Both the position numbers and the translations under genes were made by a program. Under the pieces are notes generated by a model. That model did not search any database, was not told the DNA's origin, and saw only the letters and a program-made list of their open reading frames with translations. This document shows, piece by piece, positions 47,332-54,940 of a stretch of 64,000 nucleotides of DNA. Origin of the DNA: Chthoniobacterales bacterium (GTDB lineage: Bacteria > Verrucomicrobiota > Verrucomicrobiia > Chthoniobacterales > JACTMZ01); the NCBI GenBank assembly GCA_014879535.1, contig JACSRX010000052.1, forward strand, positions 58,334 through 122,333, read 5' to 3'. The number at the start of each line of letters is the position of its first letter. Positions within the stretch are counted from its first letter, which is position 1.

Positions 47332-48035
47332 TAGTGCGAACGAATTTGCTGTTTTTTGCCATGGGTTGCCTTTGCCTGTGGCTTTCACCCCAACTCGCTT
47401 CTGCAAAAAGCCCCATTGTAGAAGTCAAGCCACCGGATACCCCTCCTTCTGTTGGCATCTGGGATACAATGAGCGGAACATTTGCTGAAATGAACGAAGT
47501 ATTCAGACAACATGATGAAGTTGGTCGGGCTACAATAAAATATTCGATTAAACCTGAGGTGGGAGAACCCGCAATTGCAGATTGTTTGGACTGCAACGGA
47601 AATCCCAACGGTCTGGTCAAGGCCAAATTTGAAATTGAAAATGTTACATTAACGGTATCTTGGACAGAATCTATCGACCTTCCAACATGGCCAGACAAGG
47701 CAAATCATAGCAATACTGCACAGCAAGAGTGGGATCGCTTTCACAGTAAGGTTTCTGCTCATGAAGGTGCTCACATTGCTGCAAATCGCGCGTGGGCTAC
47801 TCTGGAAACAATAAAAGCATTTTTTACAGATATGGAGGATTTGGAGACTATATGTTTCGACCCTTCAAACAATGAAGAGTTTGAGAAAGCGCAGACAGAC
47901 TTTAATAATGCATTAAAAGAATCGTTAGACGCTAAAGCCGAGCAGATTGCAAATGCCTCGGAACTGGCCGACATGACCGATAGGGACGATCCACCTGGCA
48001 TGACATTTTTAGACGAATCAAAATGGGATGATTAA
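47328..48035 (+). CDS. Exported HExxH protein, DUF922/COG5661-like predicted Zn-dependent peptidase
   Basis: An ATGA overlap links it to the TPR gene. The signal peptide is LLFFAMGCLCLWLSPQLASA. SIDLPTW…QQEWDRFHSKVSAHEGAHIAA matches, from memory, the DUF922 pattern (lPxW…W..f…HExxH). Confidence 0.6.
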   Translation: MIVRTNLLFFAMGCLCLWLSPQLASAKSPIVEVKPPDTPPSVGIWDTMSGTFAEMNEVFRQHDEVGRATIKYSIKPEVGEPAIADCLDCNGNPNGLVKAKFEIENVTLTVSWTESIDLPTWPDKANHSNTAQQEWDRFHSKVSAHEGAHIAANRAWATLETIKAFFTDMEDLETICFDPSNNEEFEKAQTDFNNALKESLDAKAEQIANASELADMTDRDDPPGMTFLDESKWDD

Positions 48036-48648
48036 CAACCATATGCGAGCCCTTGAATTCATCACAGCAGTCGGAGCCGCCCGACATTTGCTGATAGCAG
48101 CTTACCTGATAACCCTGATGACCTTTCAGGTTCCATCGGCATCGGCTCTTGCAGATTCAGCAGCTTCAAGTCCGCTTGAGGTTTCGAGCAAATTTGACCC
48201 AAGAGAGCAGACGTTCACCATTCAGCTTAAAAATATTTCTTCGTCGGTCGTGAGAATCGATGGGCTTTCATTACGACGACCGACCGTTCTCCTATCCACC
48301 ATGAGACCCAACTCTTGGAATGCTGTTCGAGATTTCCATCTGTTGAGCGACAATCATATAAAGCGCAGCACGAATAATGTGGGCTTGTCGGCAGGGTCCA
48401 CTTCTATTCTGGCGCTCGAACCATCCGAAATATTTACAATAGATTATGATTTGTCTGAAGTTATACGGGAACATAGCAAAAAGCTTCCAGAAGAATCAAA
48501 AAGGCGGACAACATCTCTTTATTTTGAACTTAGTGATCTGACCAAAAATCTGAAGCCGATCGAAGGCCTTAAGGAGCAAAAAATTGACGATCCTGTGAGA
48601 ATCGAACTTGAGTTTATTATTGATGAGCTTGAAGCAAAATCTCCGTAG
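48028..48648 (+). CDS. Exported or membrane-anchored hypothetical protein
   Basis: Its start overlaps the upstream gene by 8 nt. There is an N-terminal hydrophobic anchor (LLIAAYLITLMTF) and the remainder is beta-rich and S/T/L-rich. No motif was recognised. Confidence 0.6.
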   Translation: MINNHMRALEFITAVGAARHLLIAAYLITLMTFQVPSASALADSAASSPLEVSSKFDPREQTFTIQLKNISSSVVRIDGLSLRRPTVLLSTMRPNSWNAVRDFHLLSDNHIKRSTNNVGLSAGSTSILALEPSEIFTIDYDLSEVIREHSKKLPEESKRRTTSLYFELSDLTKNLKPIEGLKEQKIDDPVRIELEFIIDELEAKSP

Positions 48649-48703
48649 GGTCTATCTGACCGGCTGAGGTAGTCGCCGTGTTTGGGCACGTCGGGTCAAA
48701 ACA

Positions 48704-48732
48704 TTGACAACGTGTTGCAAACGCAACATGCT
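48704..48732 (+). promoter_or_regulatory. Putative promoter with overlapping palindromic operator for the dinJ-yafQ module
   Basis: TTGACA lies at 48704-48709. An inverted repeat TGTTGC-aaac-GCAACA lies at 48713-48728. A weak -10-like CATGCT follows at 17-nt spacing, and the ATG is at 48739. Confidence 0.4.
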
Positions 48733-48738
48733 GTTGGC

Positions 48739-48996
48739 ATGAAAACCGCCGCAGTCCACAGCCGCATCAATCCAGATATCAAGGAACGCGCCGAGGCCAT
48801 CCTCGACCAACTTGGCTTGAGTCCGACCGAGGCCATTCGGATGTTTTACACACAGATCACCCTCCGGAATGGGCTGCCATTTGCCGTCGAAATTCCAAAT
48901 TCCGAGACCCTTGCGGCCATTGAAGACTCGCGAAAGGGCCGCAGACTGCAAAAGCACAACTCGCTTGAGGAGCTTTTGAGGAGCTGGGACGAGTGA
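48739..48996 (+). CDS. dinJ: Type II antitoxin, RelB/DinJ family
   Basis: MKTAAVHSRINPDIKERAEAILDQLGLSPTEAIRMFYTQI is a classic DinJ N-terminus. The start is taken at the internal ATG. Confidence 0.85.
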   Translation: MKTAAVHSRINPDIKERAEAILDQLGLSPTEAIRMFYTQITLRNGLPFAVEIPNSETLAAIEDSRKGRRLQKHNSLEELLRSWDE

Positions 48997-49265
48997 AGGC
49001 AATCTACGAGACCAGCCAGTTCAGGAAGGATCTCAAGAAACTCAGAAAGCAAGGGAAGGACATCGACAAGCTCAAGGCGATTGTCAGCCGTATCACCGCG
49101 GGTCAACCCCTTGAGGCGCGTTGCCGGGATCATGCTTTGACCGGTTCATTGAAGGGATCAAGGGATTGCCATATCGAGCCTGACTGGCTGCTGATTTATC
49201 GGGTGGACGACGAGTCATTGTTTCTTGAGCGCTCCGGCACTCACAGTGACCTCTTCAAAAAATGA
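48993..49265 (+). CDS. yafQ: Type II toxin, YafQ family (RelE/ParE superfamily mRNA interferase)
   Basis: The GTG start overlaps the antitoxin stop (GTGA). F.KDLKKL…HALTGSLKGSRDCHIEPDWLLIY…GTHSDLF is the YafQ signature. Confidence 0.88.
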   Translation: MKAIYETSQFRKDLKKLRKQGKDIDKLKAIVSRITAGQPLEARCRDHALTGSLKGSRDCHIEPDWLLIYRVDDESLFLERSGTHSDLFKK

Positions 49266-49351
49266 ATCCCAGCGGGACGTTTGTGGCGCTCGACCAGCCT
49301 TCCCCGGTTGTTCCTTGCACGGCGGCGCGCGGAGGCCGAGATTCTCCCGCC

Positions 49352-49876
49352 ATGCGTTTCTGCACCGTTGCCATCGCGCTGCTGTTCCTGCTCCTCCCGC
49401 AGGCGGCGCTGCATGCGCAACAGGAAATCAAGGCGCCGTTCGGCATGCAGTGGGGCGAGTCGCCGGAGCGCATCAAGCAGGTCATCACCAATGCCAAGGC
49501 CAAGGTCATCGAGGAGCGCACCTCGGGGACCCGCAACGTGATCGTGGTCGAGGGGATCGTGCAGGAGGGACTCAAGCGCACGCTCTTCTACTTTTCCAAC
49601 GGCGGACTGAGCGAGGTGGAGCTGCAATACGACCGCGAAGGGTGGGACGAAGCCCGCGTGGCCTCGTGGGTTGCGACCATCAAGCGCCAGGCGGACGTCA
49701 AATACGGCCCGGGGCGCCTTTACGCGGACGAACGCGGCGACCAAAGCGGTCTCCGTCACACCCTGCGCGGATGGATGTGGGTGCAGAATTTCGTGTCCCT
49801 CCGCCTCGTGCATTACGCCGCCCAGCAGGGAGATCAGAAAATGCGGCGCGTCAGCCTGCACTACTGCGCCGAGTAG
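49352..49876 (+). CDS. Secreted hypothetical protein (core-like GC)
   Basis: The start is taken at MRFCTVAIALLFLLLPQAALHA, which reads as a signal peptide. Composition is high-GC. Confidence 0.6.
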   Translation: MRFCTVAIALLFLLLPQAALHAQQEIKAPFGMQWGESPERIKQVITNAKAKVIEERTSGTRNVIVVEGIVQEGLKRTLFYFSNGGLSEVELQYDREGWDEARVASWVATIKRQADVKYGPGRLYADERGDQSGLRHTLRGWMWVQNFVSLRLVHYAAQQGDQKMRRVSLHYCAE

Positions 49877-49889
49877 GCGGACCCAATCC

Positions 49890-49951
49890 TTTGTGGTAGG
49901 GACGCGTGGCCTCACGCGCCCAAGGTCGGCTGGGGCCAGCCGACCCTACCG
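49890..49951 (+). repeat. Structured intergenic repeat, copy 2
   Basis: It has the same architecture as 39972-40033, with hairpin 1 reading CGCGT-ggcctc-ACGCG, so a T-A pair is replaced by C-G. The loop of hairpin 2 is gggc rather than aggc. It lies between convergent genes. Confidence 0.8.
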
Positions 49952-49987
49952 TCCACGGCGAAGAAGCCGGAACGCCTCTTGAAATGC

Positions 49988-50836
49988 TCAGAGCATCTCC
50001 GCGGCGAATTTCTTCGGATCAAAACGGGCGAAATCCTTCTGCTGCTCCCCGGTTCCGATGTAGCGCACGGACACCCCCAGCTCCTGCTGCAAGGCCACCG
50101 CCGTTCCTCCCCGGCCGCTGCCGTCGAGTTTCGTCAGGATCGCACCGGTCAGTCCGGCAGCTTCCTTGAACTGCCTCGCCTGCTCCAAGGCGTTCGAGCC
50201 CGTGGTGGCATCCAGCACGATGAGCACCTCGTGCGGGCTCTCCGGATCTTGGCGCCCAAGGACGCGCTTCATCTTCGACAGCTCCTGCATGAGGTTGTGC
50301 TTGGTGTGAAGGCGCCCCGCCGTGTCGCAGAGCAGGAAGTTCGTCTTGTTCCTCAATGCCGCCTCGTAGGCGTCATGGCACACCGCCGCCGGATCGCCCT
50401 GATACGCCCCTTGGATCACGGGGATGTCCAACTTCGCTCCCCATGCGGCAAGCTGCTCGATCGCCGCCGCGCGGAATGTGTCACCGGCGGCCATCAGCAC
50501 GGAGCGCCCCTCCCTGCGGAGCATCGCGGCCATCTTGGCGATGGACGTGGTCTTTCCGGTGCCGTTCACGCCGACGATGAGGATCACCCGCGGGCGATCC
50601 GGCAAAGGCAGCAGGGGCGGATGCGGCGGAGGCAGCAACTTCGTGAGTTCCTCGCGGGCTTCGCGTTCGACCTGATCCGCCGTGGCGGAATACCCCGAGA
50701 CGGCGCGCAACGATTCCACAAGCTGCATCGTCGTTTTCACGCCGAGGTCGGCTTGGAGCAGCATGGACTCCAATTCATCCCAATCGACGGGACGGCCCCG
50801 GAAACGCTCGGTGATGCTGCGCAGGAATCCCGCCAT
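49988..50836 (-). CDS. ftsY: Signal recognition particle receptor FtsY (short form, NG domain only)
   Basis: The motifs GVNGTGKTT, DTAGR and TKLD are present. The start is taken at MAGFLRS. The 73 upstream codons of the track ORF overlap nusB and were excluded. Confidence 0.92.
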   Translation of the reverse strand: MAGFLRSITERFRGRPVDWDELESMLLQADLGVKTTMQLVESLRAVSGYSATADQVEREAREELTKLLPPPHPPLLPLPDRPRVILIVGVNGTGKTTSIAKMAAMLRREGRSVLMAAGDTFRAAAIEQLAAWGAKLDIPVIQGAYQGDPAAVCHDAYEAALRNKTNFLLCDTAGRLHTKHNLMQELSKMKRVLGRQDPESPHEVLIVLDATTGSNALEQARQFKEAAGLTGAILTKLDGSGRGGTAVALQQELGVSVRYIGTGEQQKDFARFDPKKFAAEML

Positions 50837-50838
50837 GG

Positions 50839-51288
50839 TCAGGACACCCCCCGGGCGTCGCGCCCGATCTCCTGACGCACGCGGTCGAGCACGCCGTTCG
50901 CAAACCGCGCCGACTCGGTCGAGGCCAGACTGCGGGCGATCTCGATGGCTTCGTTGATCGTGACCGCCGCCGGGATGTCCTGCCGGGTCAGCAATTCCGC
51001 CACGGCCACGCGGAGAATCGCCCGATCCACGGCGCCCAGACGCCGGAGATCCCAATTCTGCAGCGCGGATTCGAGCAGGCGGTCGATCTCATTGAGGCGG
51101 TCGAGCGTGCTTCCGACAAGTTCACGGGTGAAGGGAATCCCGGCGGTGTCCGGAAAATCCCCCGCGTCGGTCTCCGCGGTGCGCGGGGCGAGCACGCCGC
51201 GCATCTCGCAGCCGTAGATCTGCTGCACGGCCTGCACACGGGCCAATCTCCGGTTTTCTTTCGGCGCGGACACGGCTTGCAATTTCAA
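50839..51288 (-). CDS. nusB: Transcription antitermination factor NusB
   Basis: 149 aa. RRLARVQAVQQIY…DRAILRVAVAELL…INEAIEIAR…FANGVLD is present. An ATGA overlap links it to ribH. Confidence 0.9.
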   Translation of the reverse strand: MKLQAVSAPKENRRLARVQAVQQIYGCEMRGVLAPRTAETDAGDFPDTAGIPFTRELVGSTLDRLNEIDRLLESALQNWDLRRLGAVDRAILRVAVAELLTRQDIPAAVTINEAIEIARSLASTESARFANGVLDRVRQEIGRDARGVS

Positions 51289-51779
51289 CGGCCTCCCGCC
51301 GCCGCCTTCACCTGGTCCCTCGCGCGCAGCATGGCGAACACCGCGCGCGCCGCCTCCACGCCCCGGTTGAGTTCCTTGTCGAGGCAGCGCTCGCGGGCCT
51401 CCTCCTCGCTGCCCACGAGCAGGACTTCGTGGATCACCGGAACCATGTGCTTGAGCGCCACCTGCTGGAGCGCGTGGCTCACGCTGTCCCCGATGAATTC
51501 CGCATGCTTCGTGCGGCCCTGCAATACGACGCCGAGCGCCACGATCGCATCATGCCTGCGCAGCGACGCCACCATTTCCGCAACGAGGGGGATCTCGAAG
51601 GACCCCGGGGCGCCGAACAGCTCGATCACGCAGCCGCGGTCGATGTGGTAAAGCTCCTTGCAGGTGTTGTTGATCAGCCCCTGCACGAACTCGGGGTTGT
51701 ATTCGCTCGCCACGATGGCGACGCGCGGCGCCGTGGTGTCGTGGATCTTCGCCGGCCGTGTCGGGAGCTTGGTGGACAT
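51285..51779 (-). CDS. ribH: 6,7-dimethyl-8-ribityllumazine synthase
   Basis: RVAIVASEYNPEFVQGL…GAPGSFEIPLVA…ALGVVLQGRTKHAEF is present. An alternative start lies at 51815. Confidence 0.9.
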   Translation of the reverse strand: MSTKLPTRPAKIHDTTAPRVAIVASEYNPEFVQGLINNTCKELYHIDRGCVIELFGAPGSFEIPLVAEMVASLRRHDAIVALGVVLQGRTKHAEFIGDSVSHALQQVALKHMVPVIHEVLLVGSEEEARERCLDKELNRGVEAARAVFAMLRARDQVKAAAGGR

Positions 51780-51815
51780 CGTGTCTTTGTCGCAGAAAGC
51801 GGCATCGCGCCGCAA

Positions 51816-53018
51816 TCAGAGAAGGTGCCCCATCTTGCGCTTCTTCGTCTGCAGATAACGCGAATTGTGCGCGTGCGGCTTTGATTTGATCGGCACCCGC
51901 CCCGTGATTTCCAACCCGTGCCCGGAGAGACCGACCATCTTGCGGGGGTTGTTCGTCAGCAGGCGTATCTTGCGCACGCCGAGGTCGGACAAGATCTGCG
52001 CCCCGAGGCCGTATTCGCGCAGATCCATGGGGAAGCCGAGCCGGTTGTTCGCCTCCACCGTGTCGAGGCCCTCCTCCTGCAGCTTGTAGGCATGGATCTT
52101 GGCAGGCAAACCGATGCCTCGGCCTTCCTGACGCATGTAAACGAGAACCCCGGTGCCGTGCTCCGCGATCTGGCGCATCGCCTGGTGCAGCTGTGTCCCG
52201 CAATCACATCGCCGCGAGCCGAACACGTCGCCGGTGAGACACTCGCTGTGCACGCGCACCAGCACCGGCTCCTTCGGGTCGATCTCGCCCCGGACAAGCG
52301 CCAGATGATGCGCGCCGTCGGTGAGCGATCTGTATAGGTAGAGGTCGAAGTCGCCGAAGTCGGTCGGCATGCGCACGCATTGCTCGCGCTCGACCAGCTT
52401 TTCGCGCCGGCGCCGATACGCGATGAGGTCCCGGATGCAGCAGATCTTCAGGCGGTGCTTGCGACGGAACTTCAGCAGGTCCGGCAACCGCGCCATCGAA
52501 CCATCCTCCTTGAGAATTTCGCAGATGACACCCGATGCATCGAGCCCGGCCAACCGAGCCAGATCCACGGCCGCCTCGGTGTGGCCCGCCCGCTGGAGCA
52601 CGCCGCCCTCCCGCGCCTGCAGCGGGAAGACGTGACCCGGCTGCGTGAGGTCATCCGGTCCCGCTTTCGCGGATGCCAGCGTCTTGATCGTGCGCGCCCG
52701 GTCCCGCGCACTGATGCCCGTGCTGATCCCGTGCGAGGCGTCCACGGAGACCGTGAAATCCGTCCGGTGAACCTCGCGGTTGTGCGCCACCATCCTCTGC
52801 AGGCCGAGGTGCTTCGCCCGGCCGGTCGTCAGCGGGACGCAGATCAACCCGCGTCCGTGCCTGGCCATGAAATTGACCGCTTCCGGAGTGACCTTCGACG
52901 CCGCCATGACCAGATCGCCCTCGTTCTCCCGCTCGGCATCGTCGGTCACGATGACCATGCGCCCGGCCCGGATGTCCTTCAGCACATCCTCGATGGAATC
53001 AAACAGACGCTTGCTCAC
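51816..53018 (-). CDS. ribBA: Bifunctional 3,4-dihydroxy-2-butanone-4-phosphate synthase / GTP cyclohydrolase II
   Basis: DDAERENEGDLVMAA marks RibB and ECLTGDVFGSRRCDCG marks RibA. The GTG start at 53018 is preceded by GGAGGA. The longer track ORF would overlap the cysI start. Confidence 0.9.
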   Translation of the reverse strand: MSKRLFDSIEDVLKDIRAGRMVIVTDDAERENEGDLVMAASKVTPEAVNFMARHGRGLICVPLTTGRAKHLGLQRMVAHNREVHRTDFTVSVDASHGISTGISARDRARTIKTLASAKAGPDDLTQPGHVFPLQAREGGVLQRAGHTEAAVDLARLAGLDASGVICEILKEDGSMARLPDLLKFRRKHRLKICCIRDLIAYRRRREKLVEREQCVRMPTDFGDFDLYLYRSLTDGAHHLALVRGEIDPKEPVLVRVHSECLTGDVFGSRRCDCGTQLHQAMRQIAEHGTGVLVYMRQEGRGIGLPAKIHAYKLQEEGLDTVEANNRLGFPMDLREYGLGAQILSDLGVRKIRLLTNNPRKMVGLSGHGLEITGRVPIKSKPHAHNSRYLQTKKRKMGHLL

Positions 53019-53205
53019 AGTCCTCCAGTAAAGCAGCGGCCGGACTTTTGGGCAATCGCCTCCGCGGTGGAAGATGCGGCCCTTGGGACGCTGAGAATGG
53101 AAAATCCCCAGACGCATGCCCTGCCGGGGCCACGCGAGGCACAATCGGCAGTTGCCCCGGACGTGACGGACCCTTATTGATAAAAGGCCAATTTTTCGCC
53201 AATCC

Positions 53206-54921
53206 ATGACCGCCGACAAAGCCGACCCGAAGCCTTTGAGCAAGGTGGAGGAAATCAAGGAAGCCAGCCATTACCTGCGCGGCACGCTCGCCGCCAGCCT
53301 CGAGGACCGTTCGACCGGGGCGATTGCCGACGCGGACACCAACATCTCGAAGTTCCACGGCATCTACCAGCAGGACCACCGCGACCAGCGCACGGAGCGT
53401 AAGAAGGCCGGACTGGAGAAAGCCTTCATCTTCATGATCCGCATCCGCGTCCCGGGCGGGGTCTGCACGCCGGAACAATGGCTCAAGATCGACGCGCTGG
53501 CCGACACCTACGGCAGCCACACCCTCAAGCTGACCACGCGCCAGGCATTCCAGCTCCACTTCATCACGAAGGACGTGCTGAAAACCACCATGCAGGGGAT
53601 CAACGCCGCGCTCATGGACACCATCGCCGCCTGCGGCGACGTGAACCGCAACGTGATGTGCAACCCAAACCCGTGGGAGTCCGCCCTGCACGCCCCCGTG
53701 CTCGACGATGCCCGGGCGGTGAGCGTCCACCTCACCCCGCGCACCACCGCCTACCATGAGATCTGGCTCGACGGCGAGAAGGTCGGAGGCGGCGAGGAGG
53801 AGGAACCGATCTACGGGAAGACCTACCTTCCCCGCAAATTCAAGATCGGCTTCGCCATCCCGCCGAGCAACGACATCGACGTGTGGACGCAGGACCTCGG
53901 CTTCATAGCCATCGGCGACGGCGACCAAGTTGCCGGCTACAACGTCACGGTGGGCGGAGGCCTCGGCATGTCCCACAGCGACACCAAGACCTACCCCCGG
54001 CTGGCTGACATGCTCGGGTTCTGCACCCGCGATCAGGTTGTGGATGTCGCGGAAAAGGTGCTCACCGTGCAGCGCGACTTCGGCGACCGCACGAACCGCA
54101 AGCACGCGCGCCTCAAATACACCATCGAGGACCGCGGGATCGATTGGTTCCGCGGCGAGGTCGAGCGGCGCCTCGGCTACAAGCTCGGCGAGCCCCGTCC
54201 ATTCCGCTTCGACGACTCCGGCGACCGCTACGGGTGGACCCGCGGCACCGACAACCGCTGGCACTACGGACTCTTCATCCAGAACGGCCGGCTGCTCGAC
54301 ACTGCGGAGAGCCCCGCCAAGACCGGTCTTCGGGAAATCGCCAAAATCCACACTGGCGACTTCCGCCTCACGGCCAATCAGAACCTCATCATCGGCGGCG
54401 TCACCGACGAGCAGAAGCCCCGCATCGAGGCGCTTCTGGCCGAATACAAACTGGATGCCGACACCCGCGAAACCGGCTTGCGACTCAACTCGATGGCCTG
54501 CGTGGCGCTCCCCACCTGCGGCCTCGCCCTCGCCGAGAGCGAGCGCTACCTGCCCGACCTCGTGACCGAACTCGACAGGGTCATCGAGGAATGCGGATTG
54601 CGCCAGGATGCCATCATCATCCGCATGACCGGCTGCCCGAACGGCTGCGCCCGTCCCTATCTCGGGGAGATCGGCTTGGTCGGCAAGGCACCGGGGAAAT
54701 ACAACATCTACCTCGGCGCCGCCTTCGACGGCTCCCGCCTCAACAAGCTCTTCAAGCCCTCGGTCACTTCAGACAAGATCGTTGCCGAGCTGGCCCCGGT
54801 CATCCGCCGCTACGCGACCGAGCGCGAGGAAGGCGAACGCTTCGGCGACTTCGCCATCCGCGCCGGCTTCGTGAAGCCCACCACCGAGGGGCGCCTCTTC
54901 CACGAAGACATCATGGCCTGA
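53206..54921 (+). CDS. cysI: Assimilatory sulfite reductase hemoprotein (NADPH-type beta subunit)
   Basis: 571 aa. By eye it is collinear with E. coli CysI: SHYLRG, FHGIYQQDHRD, RVPGG, TTRQAFQLH, DVNRNVMCNPNP and the C-terminal Cys cluster TGCPNGCARP. Confidence 0.88.
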   Translation: MTADKADPKPLSKVEEIKEASHYLRGTLAASLEDRSTGAIADADTNISKFHGIYQQDHRDQRTERKKAGLEKAFIFMIRIRVPGGVCTPEQWLKIDALADTYGSHTLKLTTRQAFQLHFITKDVLKTTMQGINAALMDTIAACGDVNRNVMCNPNPWESALHAPVLDDARAVSVHLTPRTTAYHEIWLDGEKVGGGEEEEPIYGKTYLPRKFKIGFAIPPSNDIDVWTQDLGFIAIGDGDQVAGYNVTVGGGLGMSHSDTKTYPRLADMLGFCTRDQVVDVAEKVLTVQRDFGDRTNRKHARLKYTIEDRGIDWFRGEVERRLGYKLGEPRPFRFDDSGDRYGWTRGTDNRWHYGLFIQNGRLLDTAESPAKTGLREIAKIHTGDFRLTANQNLIIGGVTDEQKPRIEALLAEYKLDADTRETGLRLNSMACVALPTCGLALAESERYLPDLVTELDRVIEECGLRQDAIIIRMTGCPNGCARPYLGEIGLVGKAPGKYNIYLGAAFDGSRLNKLFKPSVTSDKIVAELAPVIRRYATEREEGERFGDFAIRAGFVKPTTEGRLFHEDIMA

Positions 54922-54940
54922 GACCCGGGAACACTCGGGG

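Larger units (their letters stand above)
43840..49265 (+). other. Low-GC accessory island (about 5.4 kb) without recognisable mobility genes
   Basis: Hand counts of three 60-nt samples inside the island gave 33/60, 30/60 and 21/60 G+C. A sample in ftsY gave 42/60. All seven ORFs are non-housekeeping and are on the plus strand. A DinJ-YafQ module sits at the right edge. Confidence 0.75.

Noticed and set aside
39972-49951. The two 62-nt repeats as direct-repeat borders (att sites) of a 10-kb mobile segment
   Set aside because: The interval between them contains high-GC core genes (cysN, cysD, cysC, amn) as well as the island. The low-GC block starts about 3.8 kb inside the left copy. The copies are better explained as dispersed REP/MITE-like elements.
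53019-53205. FMN (RFN) riboswitch in the 187-nt ribBA leader
   Set aside because: A leader of this length upstream of ribBA made me look for it. I found only loose resemblances (TTCTCAGCG…CCACCGCGG…AAAGTCCGG). The conserved cores GGGxGAAATTCCC, GCCGACAGT and GTCTGGATGGGAGA were not found. Running Infernal cmsearch with RF00050 would settle it, and a significant hit would overturn this rejection.
51816-53258. 480-aa RibBA with the long N-terminal extension
   Set aside because: The extension would overlap the cysI start (53206) and has no similarity to RibB N-termini. The GTG at 53018, preceded by GGAGGA, gives the expected …FDSIEDVLKDIRAGRMVIV start region.
52999-54351. 450-aa minus-strand ORF
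   Set aside because: It is antisense to cysI and is a shadow ORF.
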